NCBI GenBank assembly: GCA_951406725.2 | Contig: OX597818.1 | Coordinates: 11,160,001-11,224,000 of the forward strand | Direction: 5' to 3' | Source: Octopus vulgaris | Lineage: Eukaryota | Length of the DNA stretch: 64,000 nucleotides | Shown here: positions 26,986 through 39,275 of the stretch, piece after piece | Layout: every line of letters starts with the position of its first letter | Numbering within the stretch: position 1 is the stretch's first letter | The notes under the pieces: model-generated | Seen by the model: only the letters and a program-made list of their open reading frames with translations | What the model was told of the DNA's origin: nothing | Database searches by the model: none | Position numbers and translations under genes: made by a program

Positions 26986-27384
26986 TCTTCTCTCTTTAAT
27001 GTGTGTGTATCTGTTTTTCTCTCTCACCTTACCCTCACCCTTGCCCCCTTACCTTCCCTTACACCTATTACTACCATTCTTCTGATCTTCAATATAGACA
27101 CCACTACTGCCTCAGCCATTCCAACTCGCTCAAATAGAATCACCATCTTCATTCCTACCACTTCCATTCATTGTTCCTTCATTTACTCATCTTCCCTACA
27201 GACACCATTTTTCATACTGCTTCATAATTTAACTGTCACCACCATCACCACTACCACTGTTTCAAAATATACCACCATCATTGGCAGTGCCATACCATTC
27301 TTTGTATGCATTCACCACTACCACTCTTACCAATTGTCTCTGAAATGTAGCCACAACCAATACTGCTTCCTTTTTATTGCCTCA

Positions 27385-27536
27385 TCATCATTATCATCAT
27401 CATTTAACGTCCGTTTTCCATGCTGGCATGGGTTGGATGGTTTGGCAGGAGCTAGCCATCCAGAAAGCTCTCTAAGCTTCAAGTGTCCTGTTTTGGTGTG
27501 GTTTCTATGGTTGGATGGCCTTCCTAACACCAACCT

Positions 27537-27578
<42 letters not shown>

Positions 27579-27970
27579 TAAGAGAGTTAACGTACAAGTG
27601 CATTTTGCAGGATACTAGATAAGTGCATTTTGTGTGGAACCAGTGCAAGTGCATCCTACATAGAATCAGCATGAGTGCACTTTATGTGACACTGGCACAT
27701 GTGCATTTTATGTAGCACTGGCACCTGCAAGACAGAGATCTTTCAACTGGGAGAAGGAGTGGAGGCATGGCTATAAAGGACATGTCTGTATGGATAGATG
27801 GCCACAATCTTACTAAGCTTGACATTTCTTCTCAAGTACAGCAAATCACCAGATGACTCAGACTCTTATAATTTCCTTAGTGAGGCCCGACATCTGAAGA
27901 TCCTTTCTCACCACTTCGTCCCACATCTTCGTGAGTCTACCCCTTCCACAGGTTTCCCTCCACAAATGTA
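27385..27970 (-). mobile_element. RTE LINE family R1 fragment with inserted (TA)n
   Basis: (CAT)n tail, ggatggccttcctaacaccaacc, and the GRGRP-type coding end (gagtctaccccttccacaggttt) shared with 46340-46385. Confidence 0.65.
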
Positions 27971-28857
27971 ACTAGGGATTATGCTTCGCAATGTAACTAT
28001 GAATACCATCGCCACCACCACCACTGCTGTTTTACTGCTGCAAAGTTCTGGGAGGCCACAAAATTGGTAGAGTATAATTGGTAGTATAACTGATTGCGAT
28101 TGACCCAGTATCTTTCTCAATTCTTAAAAATGAAAGACAAAGTCTACATGACATATTGACATTGCACTTTGGACATTACCACTGCTGCCAACACTACTAC
28201 CTCCTGGTTACCAACACCAATACCACTATCACCATTACCACTGATGTCTCTACAACTGCAGCTACCACTATTATAGTTGGTGCCATCATAACTAAAGCTA
28301 CCTTATTACTGCTATGCCCACTATCTTCACCACATCCACTACCATCGTCTATCTGCCTTATACCATCTTCATCAGATCAAATCTAACCAGAGCAAATCTA
28401 TGCACCAAACAAACCCAGTGCTAACACACACCTTCTTGGTTTTCAGCTTTAGTGAGTGAGTGTGTGTTCGTGTAAGTATGTAGTGTCTGTGTATGTATAT
28501 AGTGTCTGTGTGTGTGCATGCATATGTTATTAAGTATATTTGCATAGATGTATATGATGACATACATTTTAAAACAGGTATACATATACAAACAGTTACT
28601 TTTATATAAAAGTAGCCATTAGCACATCTACAAGGTGGATAGCAAATACATATCATATATTCATACATATAAACTGTTATGTACATGCATGCAAAGGCGC
28701 ATTTATTCACTTTCATATGCACACACACATATACACACAGAGAAAACACATAAGCACATATACACAAATGCACATACATACACAATTCATTTTTACATCA
28801 TATATATATATATGCATGCAAAAGGTAAATATATTCTCTTACACACATATATATATG

Positions 28858-28915
<58 letters not shown>

Positions 28916-29336
28916 TACACACATCCAAGCATATACATGCAGCTTTTGGTAGACTCAGTGTAATGTGACCTGCCATAAATTGTCTAATCAATTAAAATTA
29001 TACTCATATTGTGAAGTAAAACTCATTAGAGAAAGTGATAATTTTTGTCAAAGATGAATGAGGGAACTCTTGAATTCAAAGAAATTGAATGGGAGCATGA
29101 ACTAGAGAGTGAGTTTGACCTTTGGTTGGTACACTGAAATCTCCTGCTATGTTTCGCTCTTATTAGACCACCTCAGAGAAACAGAATCTCAGCTGTACTT
29201 AACGAGCCTGTGAGAATATATAGCATCTAAATGAAAATATTTTCACTGATTAAGCAATTGAAAATTATGACTTGGGAAAATTTCCTGAAAATGCCTTCTG
29301 CATGAAGAACGTATACTGAAGTAAGGTGTATATGTA

Positions 29337-29386
<50 letters not shown>

Positions 29387-29389
29387 AAG

Positions 29390-30030
29390 TGTTGGGCCTC
29401 ACAGAGGCAAGGTGGCTGAGTTTCTTTCATGCATTGGGCCTCTGGGAAACAATGACCAGGACCTTTGGCGTTATGTCATGCTTCAGAAGACCCACCAAGC
29501 TGAGCAAAATTGCAGTTGTGGCAAATACCAGTGTCACACAAATGGCACCCGTGCTGGTGGCACGTAAAAGCACCAACTATGCTCTTGGAGTGGTTGGCAT
29601 TAGGAAAGGCATCCAGCTGTAGAAACCATACCAAATAAGACTGGAGTCTGATGCAGCCTTCTTGCTTGCCAACCCTGGTCAAACCATCCAACCCATACCA
29701 GCATGGACAATGGACATTAAATGATGATAATGACATATATATATATATACAGACCAACGTCGCTTCACTGGCACCAGTGGCACGTGTAAAAAGATTCGAG
29801 CGAGGTCGTTGCCAGTACTGCCTGACTAGCGCCCATGCCGGTGGCACGTAAAAAGCACCCACTACACTCTCGGAGTGGTTGGCGTTAGGAAGGGCATCCA
29901 GCTGTAGAAACTTTGCCAGATCAAGATTGGAGTGTGGTGCAGCCATCTGGTTCGCCAGCCCTCAGTCAAAATCGTCCAACCCATGCTAGCATGGAAAGCG
30001 GACGTTAAACGATGATGATGATGATGATGA
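29390..30030 (+). mobile_element. Two tandem RTE LINE family R1 3-prime fragments (about 29390-29735 and 29755-30030)
   Basis: Each has ggcacgtaaaa(a)gcacc, ggaa(a/g)ggcatccagctgtagaaac and a GAT-rich tail. Confidence 0.75.
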
Positions 30031-30054
30031 TACACATGTATATAGATACACCCT

Positions 30055-30251
30055 TTTTTCACTTGTTTCACTCAGTAGACTGTGACCATGCTGTGGCACT
30101 GCTTTGAAGTATTTTACTCAAATGAATTGACCCTGGTACTTATTCTATAGGTCTCTTTTGCTGAACCACTAGGCTATGAGGACATAAACACACTAACATT
30201 GGTTGTCAAGCTGTAGTGGGAGAGAAATATTAACACAAAGCCACACACACA

Positions 30252-30283
<32 letters not shown>

Positions 30284-30662
30284 TGGCACTCTGTCAGTTA
30301 CGGCAATGAGGGTTCCAGTTGATCCGATCAACAGAACAGCCTCTTCATGAAATTAACATGCAAGTGGCTGAGCATTCTACAGACACATGTACCCTTAACG
30401 TAGTTCTTGGGGAGATTCAGCATGACACAGAGTGTGACAAGGCTGGCCCTTTGAAATACAGGTATAACAGAAACAGGAAGATAGAGTGAGAGAAAGTTGT
30501 GGTGAAAGAGTACAGCAGGGTTTGCCACCACCCCCTACCTGAGCCTCATGGAGCTTTAGGTGTTTTCGCTCAATAAACACTCACAACACCCGGTCTGGTA
30601 ATCGAAACTGCGATCCTACAACCACGAGTCCACTACCCTAACCACTGGGCCATTGCACCTCC

Positions 30663-30712
<50 letters not shown>

Positions 30713-30877
30713 TACACACATGACAGGCTTCTTTCAGTCTCCATCTACCAAATCCACTCACAAGGCTTTGATCAGCCTGAGACTGTAGTATAAGACTCTT
30801 GCCCAAGGTGCCATGCAGTGAGACTGAATCCAGGACCATATGGTTGGAAAGCAAACTTCTTACCACACAGCCACGCC
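30055..30877 (-). mobile_element. SINE S1 split by a nested S3-related SINE (about 30284-30662)
   Basis: S1 3-prime part at 30055-30245 and 5-prime part at 30720-30877. The insert lies in the internal microsatellite and has its own tRNA-like head (TGGCCCAGTGGTTAGG, TTCGATT). Confidence 0.78.
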
Positions 30878-31942
30878 AATATATTCACTTCCATACATGC
30901 ATGAATATTCTTCATCATTGACTACAGTTTTGCAACCAAATAATTGAAATCATTTTATTATTATTTTCTGATTTTTTTTTCTCCTTTACAATGAGATATT
31001 TTGGCACAAAATTAATGGTACATACAAGTGGTAAATGCAAATTCTAAATTTCAATAGCATTTTGAAAAATTTTTTTTTCCTGTCAACAATCAATCATGAT
31101 TTTTTCTTTTATTGTTGTTCAACAAGTTCTTGACAGAAGAAATTTTAGGCTATACTGTTAATAATGGAATAATTATCTGTGCTAATGAAACTTGTACAGG
31201 AACATAACTAATGAAATTTGTACAGGTAGAAATTCCTAAAGTTCCATTAGGATTTTTAAGGTTAAATTTTTGAATGAAAATTGTATTTTTATATTATATT
31301 TTAGATTATTTTATAAAGTGATATATTTATAAAATTCTTCTATGATGTTTCCATATAAGTCATTTAGATGAAAAGTTATCCAAGATTAAAAGTTATCCTA
31401 CATTGTATGTCTATATGAAAATAAAAAATCGCACACACACAAACACATGTATATGTAAACATCCAAGATCTCTGGAAAGGTTTTTTTTCTATTCTTGATG
31501 GTCAGGAATTTGATGAAGCGTCGTTAAAAAATGCTAAACAAAGAGGGAAGAATTGGTAGACTTGTGATGTTCTATTTCAGCTTTAATTAATTGTATTTGT
31601 CATCATCGTTGTTGGCATTTTAAGTGCCTGTTTCCTTATTTAGTTTTCTGCTAGTAATGGATTAGATTACCACTCATCTTGCTCCTATCCCATCTTACTT
31701 ATGATGGGATATGACAATATGACACCCACTACTTCCTTTTGTCTTCATTGGTATTATACTATGCCATGAGTTCCCTTCCAGTGTCAGTCTCCTGTGTCTA
31801 CCAGTCACTGCCTATTATTCTCAGTAACTGCAAGCCACAGGTATGGGTATATGTTTCAGCAGTTTGCAGTATGACTCCACTGCAGTCTGACCAGTAGCTT
31901 GTAAGTGGAATTTAATAGAAACTTGATGAAAGCTTGTCCTAT

Positions 31943-32322
31943 CGCAGGATTGGTTGTGTGGTAAATAGCTTGCTTATCAACCACATGGTGTCGGGTTCAG
32001 TCCCACTGCATGGCATCTTGGGCAAGTGTCTTCTATTATAGCCTCTGGCCAACTAAAGCCTTGTGAGTGGATTTGGTAGACGGAAACTGAAAGAAGCCCG
32101 TCGTTTATATATGTGTGTGTTTATGTTTTTGTGTCTGTATTTGTCCCCTCAACATCACTTGACAACTGATGCTGGTGGGTTTACGTCCCCGTAAATTAGT
32201 GGTTCAGCAAAAGAGACCGATAGAATAAGGCTTACAAAGAATAAGTCCTGGGGTTAATTTGTTCGACTAAAGGTGATGTTCCATCATGGCCACAGTCAAA
32301 TGACTGTAACAAATAAAAGAAT
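31943..32322 (+). mobile_element. SINE family S1, full length
   Basis: Collinear with 35881-36304. Confidence 0.85.
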
Positions 32323-32984
32323 GTATATATACGTATAGTATCAAGCATCCCTCATGGCTGATCTTACCAATCGGTTTCATGTAAAGAATACAGCTGTTAG
32401 GCAACAATCCGATGTTATAACTTTATGCTCATCAGAGTTAGCTGATATGGAAGGGAAGATGGTGACTGCCATGATGAAGATTTAATACTATACATTTCAG
32501 ATAATATACCCACTCTACTGACAATTATATGAGTGCATCTTCTCCCTGACTTATGGTCTCTTAGACAACTCATGTGCATAATATATGCATATATATATAT
32601 GTTATATATATATGTATATATATATATATATAGTATAACAGTTTTTTTTTATGAGAAGAGATTGCCAGACCTTCAACTTTTCTCCATGTCTGAAGAAAGA
32701 GATGCTGTCGGTAGACCTCATTACCCTTTTTCAGAGTCATGCGGTTGTATGCTAATAAGTTCATTACATACTTTCCTCTTACCTACATAATCATGCCCTT
32801 ATTTATATATATATACACACAACACACATGACAGGCTTCTTTCAGTTTCTATCCACCAAATCCACTCACAAGTCTTTTTGGTTGGCCCAAGGCTATAGTA
32901 GAATACACTTGCCCGAGGTACCATACAATGGGACTGAACCCAGAACCATATGTTTGGGAAACAAGCATTTTACCACACAGCCAA

Positions 32985-33122
32985 TATTAGATTAAAATAA
33001 AAATAAAAAAGTGAGACATTTGCCATCACTTGAAAACATTTCATTCAGATTTCTCTATTTAAATTGAAAGTTTTTCAAGTGATACCACATGTTTTGCTTT
33101 TTCAGTTTTTATTCAATCTATA
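32985..33122. repeat. Imperfect palindrome, possible small MITE
   Basis: tagattaaaataaaaa...atcacttgaaaa mirrors ttttcaagtgat...tttttattcaatcta. Confidence 0.6.
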
Positions 33123-33748
33123 TCCACCCACTCAAGGAGGAACCACTTCCAGCTGCCTTCGATAGGCAGTCTCAACACCACATTTTTCAGTTGTAGTTAA
33201 CCCATAAAGAGCTAGGATTTGCACTTACATAGCATGGCCTGCTGAGCACATTTTATGAAAATGAGACTACCATGCACACATAAAAAAAAAAAAATATTTT
33301 AAATATTTTCTTAGTATAATTTCATGAAAAATAAATATATTTTACCGCATTCATAAAACCTCTACAGTTGGTCGATTAAAAAACCCGGAAATAAAATTTA
33401 AATGTCCAATCCAATTGTATCATGCTGTCCAAACCGATTCTCCATTAGGACTTTCCCTTTGACCAATCAGGTACATTCTTCAATAGATTAAATAATGAAG
33501 TGAATAAATTATTGTTTGAAACACATGCTCTGATTCGTCCTTTCACATTTTGGGTGGGATTGGAGCATTTGAGTGACATTAGACCCCAACAAACACCCAT
33601 AAATCAAATGCATCTATCTGGGCCACAATCGTGGCCTGTCATGCTTTATGTGTTAAAGTCGGAATTTTAGAGGTAAATCACACTGAACACTCATAGAACA
33701 TACCAACATTACATAGCGTCAGTTGATAAAAACCTCTTGTATACCCTC

Positions 33749-33800
<52 letters not shown>

Positions 33801-33864
33801 TCCATACAAATGTACACATGTATATCAAATGGTATTTTTATCTGTGTTTTCCTTTGTTTTATAG

Positions 33865-34003
33865 AAAAACCCCGCATAACCATCCAACCCCAAGACAAAA
33901 TTGTAGAAAAAGGTAAGAATGTTGAATTAGAATGCCGGGCACGAGGAGACCCTAAACCAGTCATTACATGGCGGAGAGAAAAAGGGCAGCTTCCACCAGA
34001 TCG
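33865..34003 (+). CDS. ROBO: Robo exon, first half of Ig domain 3 (phase 1-2, 139 nt)
   Basis: Acceptor ttttatag|AA and donor GATCG|gtaagt. In frame with the previous exon: EKPRITIQPQDKIVEKGKNVELECRARGDPKPVITWRREKGQLPPDR. Confidence 0.92.
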
Positions 34004-34272
34004 GTAAGTTGTTATTTTCTTTGTATCATGAGTATCTGTATTCTTTGTGCACACACACATTAATATTTATCAATATATAACAGAAGTAGCGCAGTGACAC
34101 AAGGTCCAAGAGTTTCATGTCATTTCTGCCATATATTAAGAAAAATATTCATATACTCACATTTTGAGTTCTCTGTTTCCTCTTTGCATCAGCATACCTA
34201 TATATATATATATATATGTGTATATATCAACATATGCGTGTGTGTATATGTAACTATGTATGTATAAATATA

Positions 34273-34329
<57 letters not shown>

Positions 34330-34474
34330 TTATGTATAAATATATATATGTATGTATAACTATAAATAAATAAATATATATATATATATCAAAAATAAGG
34401 GTGAAAGAATTGGATATTAATTTAATAATGCCATCAATTTAACACCAAGTGGCTTAGCACATAAAAACTATATT

Positions 34475-34515
<41 letters not shown>

Positions 34516-34541
34516 TTTATTAAAAAGCAGCAAAATTATGA

Positions 34542-34587
34542 AAAACTGTTACTCAGAGTTTCACATTCCTGATCATCAGACAGTTTT
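34542..34587 (-). ncRNA. Minimal type I hammerhead ribozyme motif (Penelope-like-element class)
   Basis: Minus strand reads AAAACUGU CUGAUGA UCAGGAAUGU GAAA CUC U GAG UA ACAGUUUU: complete core, perfect 8-bp stem I, CUC/GAG stem III, GUA cleavage triplet, weak stem II. Confidence 0.8.
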
Positions 34588-34629
34588 GTTTCGAGCATAT
34601 GTGTGTTGTGTGTATGTATGTATATAGGC

Positions 34630-35200
34630 ATAACTACATATTCCTGCCTCCCCCACCGACTTCGGATGATCATAACTTTCAGAAAAATGAATATCTTTTA
34701 ATGAAATTTTCTACGAATATATGTTATATCATGTAGATTCTAAATATACAAAACTTTTGGGAGAAAGTGTTTTAGGAGGGGGTGGGGAATTTCGGAAAAT
34801 TCACCAACATCCACTTCAATTCATCATAACTTTCAAGAAAATAGATATTTTTAAATGAAACTTTCTACAAATATACCTCAGGCTATGTAGAGTCCGTGAA
34901 TATAGGAATTTGGGGGTTACTTTTGAGGACCGTTCCCCACTCAAGGGTGTTTCGGAACAAGTCTTCCATATTTGTTTCATTTTCTCTGTTTTGTGCGTTT
35001 TTCAGGGTATTTGCCCCTTACCCTGAAGCTCATCTGCCGATGCCTGACCAGCAAGGGGAAGTGGCTGACCCCTATTCGAAGGTTATAATGGACACAGGTT
35101 CGTGTGTCACATAGCTAGCTATAGGCGATGGCCTCTTGGAGCTAATCAATGGCAGTATTTGTCCTGTATTTCTGGACTGCCATATTAGCTTGGTGACAAC
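34630..35200. mobile_element. Helentron/HINE-like repeat with an internal duplication of about 155 bp
   Basis: atcataactttc...atgaaa.tttctac.aatata occurs at about 34668 and 34823. The classification is inferred. Confidence 0.45.
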
Positions 35201-35234
35201 TATTAATATGTGCATATATATATATATATTTTAT

Positions 35235-35622
35235 GTTTCACTTGTTTCAGTCATTAGACTGCGGCAATGCTGGGGCACCACCTTGAAGAATTTTTAATCA
35301 AATGTATCAATTCCACAACTTATTTCTTTAAAGCCCGGTACTTTGTTTATTGGGCCCTTTTGCCAAACTACTAGGTTATCGGGATAAAAACATACCAGCA
35401 CCGATTGTCAAGTGGTGTGGGGGACAAACACAAATACAAAGATACATGCACACACATACACACATGCATATATACAGCCGGCTTCTTTTATTTCTGTCTA
35501 CCAAATCCACTCACAAGGCTTTGGTCAGCCCAAGACAATAGTAGAAGACACCTACCCAAGGTGCCATGCAGAAGGACTGAACCACAAGCCATGTGGTTGA
35601 GAAGCAAGCTTTTTACCACACA
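35235..35622 (-). mobile_element. SINE family S1, full length
   Basis: Reverse complement of 35881-36304. Confidence 0.85.
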
Positions 35623-35880
35623 GCTATATATATCTTGCTGTACTCAAAAAGACCTGTCCACCACAGCAGAATTGATACTGGTGCTGGTACCACATAAAAA
35701 GCACCCAGTACACTCTGTAGAGTGGCTGGTGTTAAAAACCATGCCAGAACTGACAGTGGAGCCTGGTGCAGCCCCTGGCCTTACAAGCTCTGGTCAAACT
35801 ATCCAGCCTATGCCAGCATAGAAAACCAACATTAACTGATGAGGATGATGATGATGATGATGATGTATAAATATATACGT

Positions 35881-36304
35881 AGGAGTGGCTGTGTGGTAAG
35901 TAGCATGTTTACCAACTACATGGTTCCAGGTTCAGTCCCACTGCGTGGCACCTTGGGCAAGTGTCTTCTACTATAGCCTCGGGCCGACCAAAGCCTTGTG
36001 AGTGGATTTGGTAGACGGAAACTGAAAGAAGCCCGTCGTATATGTGTGTATACATATATATATATATATATATATATGCGTGGGTGTGTTTGTGTGTCTG
36101 TGTTTGTCCCCCTAGCATTGCTTGACAACCGATGCTGGTGTGTTTATGTCCCCGTTACTTAGCGGTTCGGCAAAAGAGACCGATAGAATAAGTACTGGGT
36201 TTACAAAAGAATACGTCCCAGGGTTGAGTTGCTCGATTAAAAAAGGCGATGCTCCAGCATGGCCGCAGTCAAATGACTGAAACAAGTAAAAGAGTAAAGA
36301 GTAT
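35881..36304 (+). mobile_element. SINE family S1, young full-length copy
   Basis: tRNA-like head (TGGCTGTGTGG, GGTTCAGTCCC), CORE-like GCACCTTGGGCAAGTGTCTT, internal (TA)n/(TG)n, tail AAAAGAGTAAAGAGTA. CpGs retained. Confidence 0.88.
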
Positions 36305-36914
36305 TTAAATAAATTTGAAAAGGCAGGACAAGAGAAGACACATGGGACAGAGAGTCACTGAATAGGTCACAGTATGACCAAAGAGAAGGACCTTGACAGA
36401 CAAATAAACTAAAACTAATGCTAATAAAACTAAAGCGTGAAGCAGTGTAACAGCTTTACTAAATCTTCTTGACCCAACGTAGGCCACATGATTTGGTTAT
36501 GCTTAGTAAGCAGCTCCTGTTTTCTGGTTGCTGCCTTGTATTGGGCATATGGAAGTCCAAAGGCTTTTGAGCAACAATCAAAGAGAAAAAAAAGTTGCTG
36601 CCTTGCAGATTGGATTATGGACAACAATGTGTAAAGCCCTAACAAAAAAGGTTTGCTGAAGAAGTTGTGCGATGATGAAACTGATATGAATTCACAGTCC
36701 AATTATACCAGGATTTGAATTTATTTTTCAATTCCTGCACCAAATCAACATTAGTTTCCGGTAAAAATTAAGGGATGTTCCTAAATCTTCTATATGGTGT
36801 TCCTGCATGGTCACAGTCTAGTGACTGAATTAAATATAAAATAAATATAGGATGTATAACATATTCATCTACGTATATATGTTTTGTGTGTGTATACTTT
36901 TCTTTTTACCTTCC

Positions 36915-37148
36915 CAAGTCATGATGACTCATAAAGGCAAGTTTCCCAGTTTCATGGCATATAAAATCCTCACCTGGATCAGACACTGGTCCATTGCAGG
37001 ATTATTCACTTTTGCCAGCTGAGTGACCTGGAGCAACATGAAATGAAGTGTTTTGCTCAAAATCACAACACATCACCCAGTCCAAGAATTGAAGCTACAA
37101 TTTTATGATCATGAGTCCAATACCCCTAACCACTAAGCCATGCACCTC
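36915..37148 (-). mobile_element. tRNA/CORE SINE with a third type of 3-prime module
   Basis: S3-type head and CORE block followed by CCTGCAATGGACCAGTGTCTGATCCAGGTGAGG. Confidence 0.65.
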
Positions 37149-38139
37149 CACTGTGTATGTGTATATATTTATATACATATGTTTTATGTGCTGGTGCCAC
37201 TTGAAATGTACCTGTGCCAGTGCTATGTTAATGTACCCAAGTCAGGAGCACATAAAATACACCTAGCACACTCTGTACAGAGGCCGGTGTTAGGAAGGGC
37301 ATCCAGCCGTAGAAACCATGTCAAAACAGACAAACCGGTCGCCCCATGCCAGGATGGAAGACAAGCATTAAAGGATGATGATGATGTGTGCACACATATA
37401 CATGCATACTGATATGTATAATCAGAGCTGAGATGCAAACAAGAGACAGATGCTTGTAAACACAATGAATGAAGTGGCAGGCTATGCATAAAACTAAAAG
37501 AGTTACAGATTGGTTGTAGCTGTAAAACATTTGCCATAAATGTGTCAAGAAAGCATGGTTTGATACTGATAACAAGAATGGGAGAAGAGAAAAAGAAAAC
37601 AAGTTCTTTATTAGTCAACATCATATCTTAACTATAAAAGTCACAAGATAGTTGAAGACTATCTGGTTTGGTCTGGAATTACATTATATATACATCCAAC
37701 TTAATGTAAAGTTTATATATGCATTTTATGAACCTATGTGAATGTACCAGCATGGCTACAGCTAGATGGCTGTATACAAGTAAAATAGAGTGTGTTATTT
37801 CACTTGTAGTTTGAAAGGCACAGGTTCTTTCTTAACAGTATTGTCAGTATTTTGGTAAAAGTTACATTAGCTGATGTTTTTAGAGTTGTTTCTGTTGCTT
37901 GCTGTTTTGAGATTTTAACCTTTAGCACACTGCTTTTCTCTAGAGTTGTTTCCCCTGCCACTGCCCAGCAGCTACAGGGCAGAAAACTCTTACAATGACT
38001 TCATACACCTACAGTGTGCTAAAGCTTAAGTAAACACTCTTAGGTGTAATTTTTGTCTTCTAATTGCAAAGATAATCTCAGTTAAATGAAGGCTTTCAGC
38101 TCAGTATGTTATGTGGAAACTCTACTGTAAACATAAACA

Positions 38140-38530
38140 TTGTTGTGTGTTAAGAAGCTTGCTCTCCCACCCACACGGTTCTGAATTCATTCCCAATGTG
38201 AGGAACCTCGAGCATGTGTCTTCCTCTATAGCCTCAGGCTGACCAAAGCCTTGTGAGTGGATTTTGTAGACAGAAACTGAAAGTAGCCCATCATAATATG
38301 TATGTATCCATGTCTTCGTGTCTGTATTTGTCCCAACCACTGCTTGACAGCTGATGTTGGTGTGTTTGTGTCTTCATAACTTAGCAGTTTCACAAAGAGA
38401 CCGATAAAATAAGTGAATAAGTACAAGGCTTTAAAAATAAAAAAGTTCCGGGTGTCAATTCATTTGACAACAAATTTTTCAAAACAGTGCCCCAGCATGG
38501 CCACACTCATATGACTAAAAGAAGTGAAAG
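38140..38530 (+). mobile_element. SINE family S1, diverged copy
   Basis: Collinear with the S1 pattern. Confidence 0.75.
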
Positions 38531-38589
38531 ATTTACTATGTGTGTACGTCTGTGTATGTATGTGTATAAAGTACACACACACACACACT

Positions 38590-39275
38590 CATGTGGCTTA
38601 GAGGTTAGTGTATTTAGCTCCCGGTCATATGGTCATGAGTCCAATTTCTGGCTGTGCTTTGTGCCTTAATAATAATAATAATAATGAAATTATTGTATAC
38701 AGTGCTCAGGTGTACCACAACTTGTCAAAAGTGCATATAAAGCATATGCAGTAATGTACAAATGTCTGGGAAGTGAACAGTGTATGAGTCAGATACATGC
38801 TTGCATGTGTATGGAGGGGAGAAAATCAGGTGTAGTGTTGGTGAATCTCAGGAAGCATGGAAGTTTTGAAGGATCCAGTGCTCCGACAACTAGCAACTGA
38901 TGCCGGCAGTTTGTTACATACTTCAGCAAATCTTAGCGTGAAAAAATGTTTCTGAAAGTCATGGGAGCTGTGCTGTTTTCTGACTTTGTAAACATGTCCA
39001 CGAGTGTTAGACAGGTGGAGCTTGAAAAGGTCTTTGAGCAACACACTTTATTTTGCATAGCTCCAGTTCACTCAGCTGATAAAAATGAATTGTACCTGTA
39101 ATTCAAAGGGCCAGCCATGTCACGTTCTGTGTCACACTGACTCTCTCTCAAAACTATGTTAAAGGTATACGTGTTTATGAAGTTCTCAGCCACTCAAACG
39201 TTCACTTCACAAGCTGGCTGTTCCATTGATCAGATCAACTGGAACCCTTGTCTTCATAACTGATGGAGTGCCAGT
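38590..39275 (+). mobile_element. SINE family S3 split by a CR1 insertion
   Basis: Head at 38590-38667; the CORE block resumes at about 39031 (tctttgagcaacacacttt). Confidence 0.75.
38667..39030 (-). mobile_element. CR1-clade LINE 3-prime fragment
   Basis: NTRGHVYKVRKQHSSHDFQKHFFTLRFAEVCNKLPASVASCRSTGSFK matches the CR1 ORF2 C-terminal pattern TRGH..K...FF..R....N.LP..V......FK. (ATT)n tail. Confidence 0.8.

Noticed and set aside
26953-27618. 221-aa plus-strand ORF
   Set aside because: Runs through low-complexity ACC/ATC tracts, an antisense RTE UTR and (TA)n; not a plausible exon.
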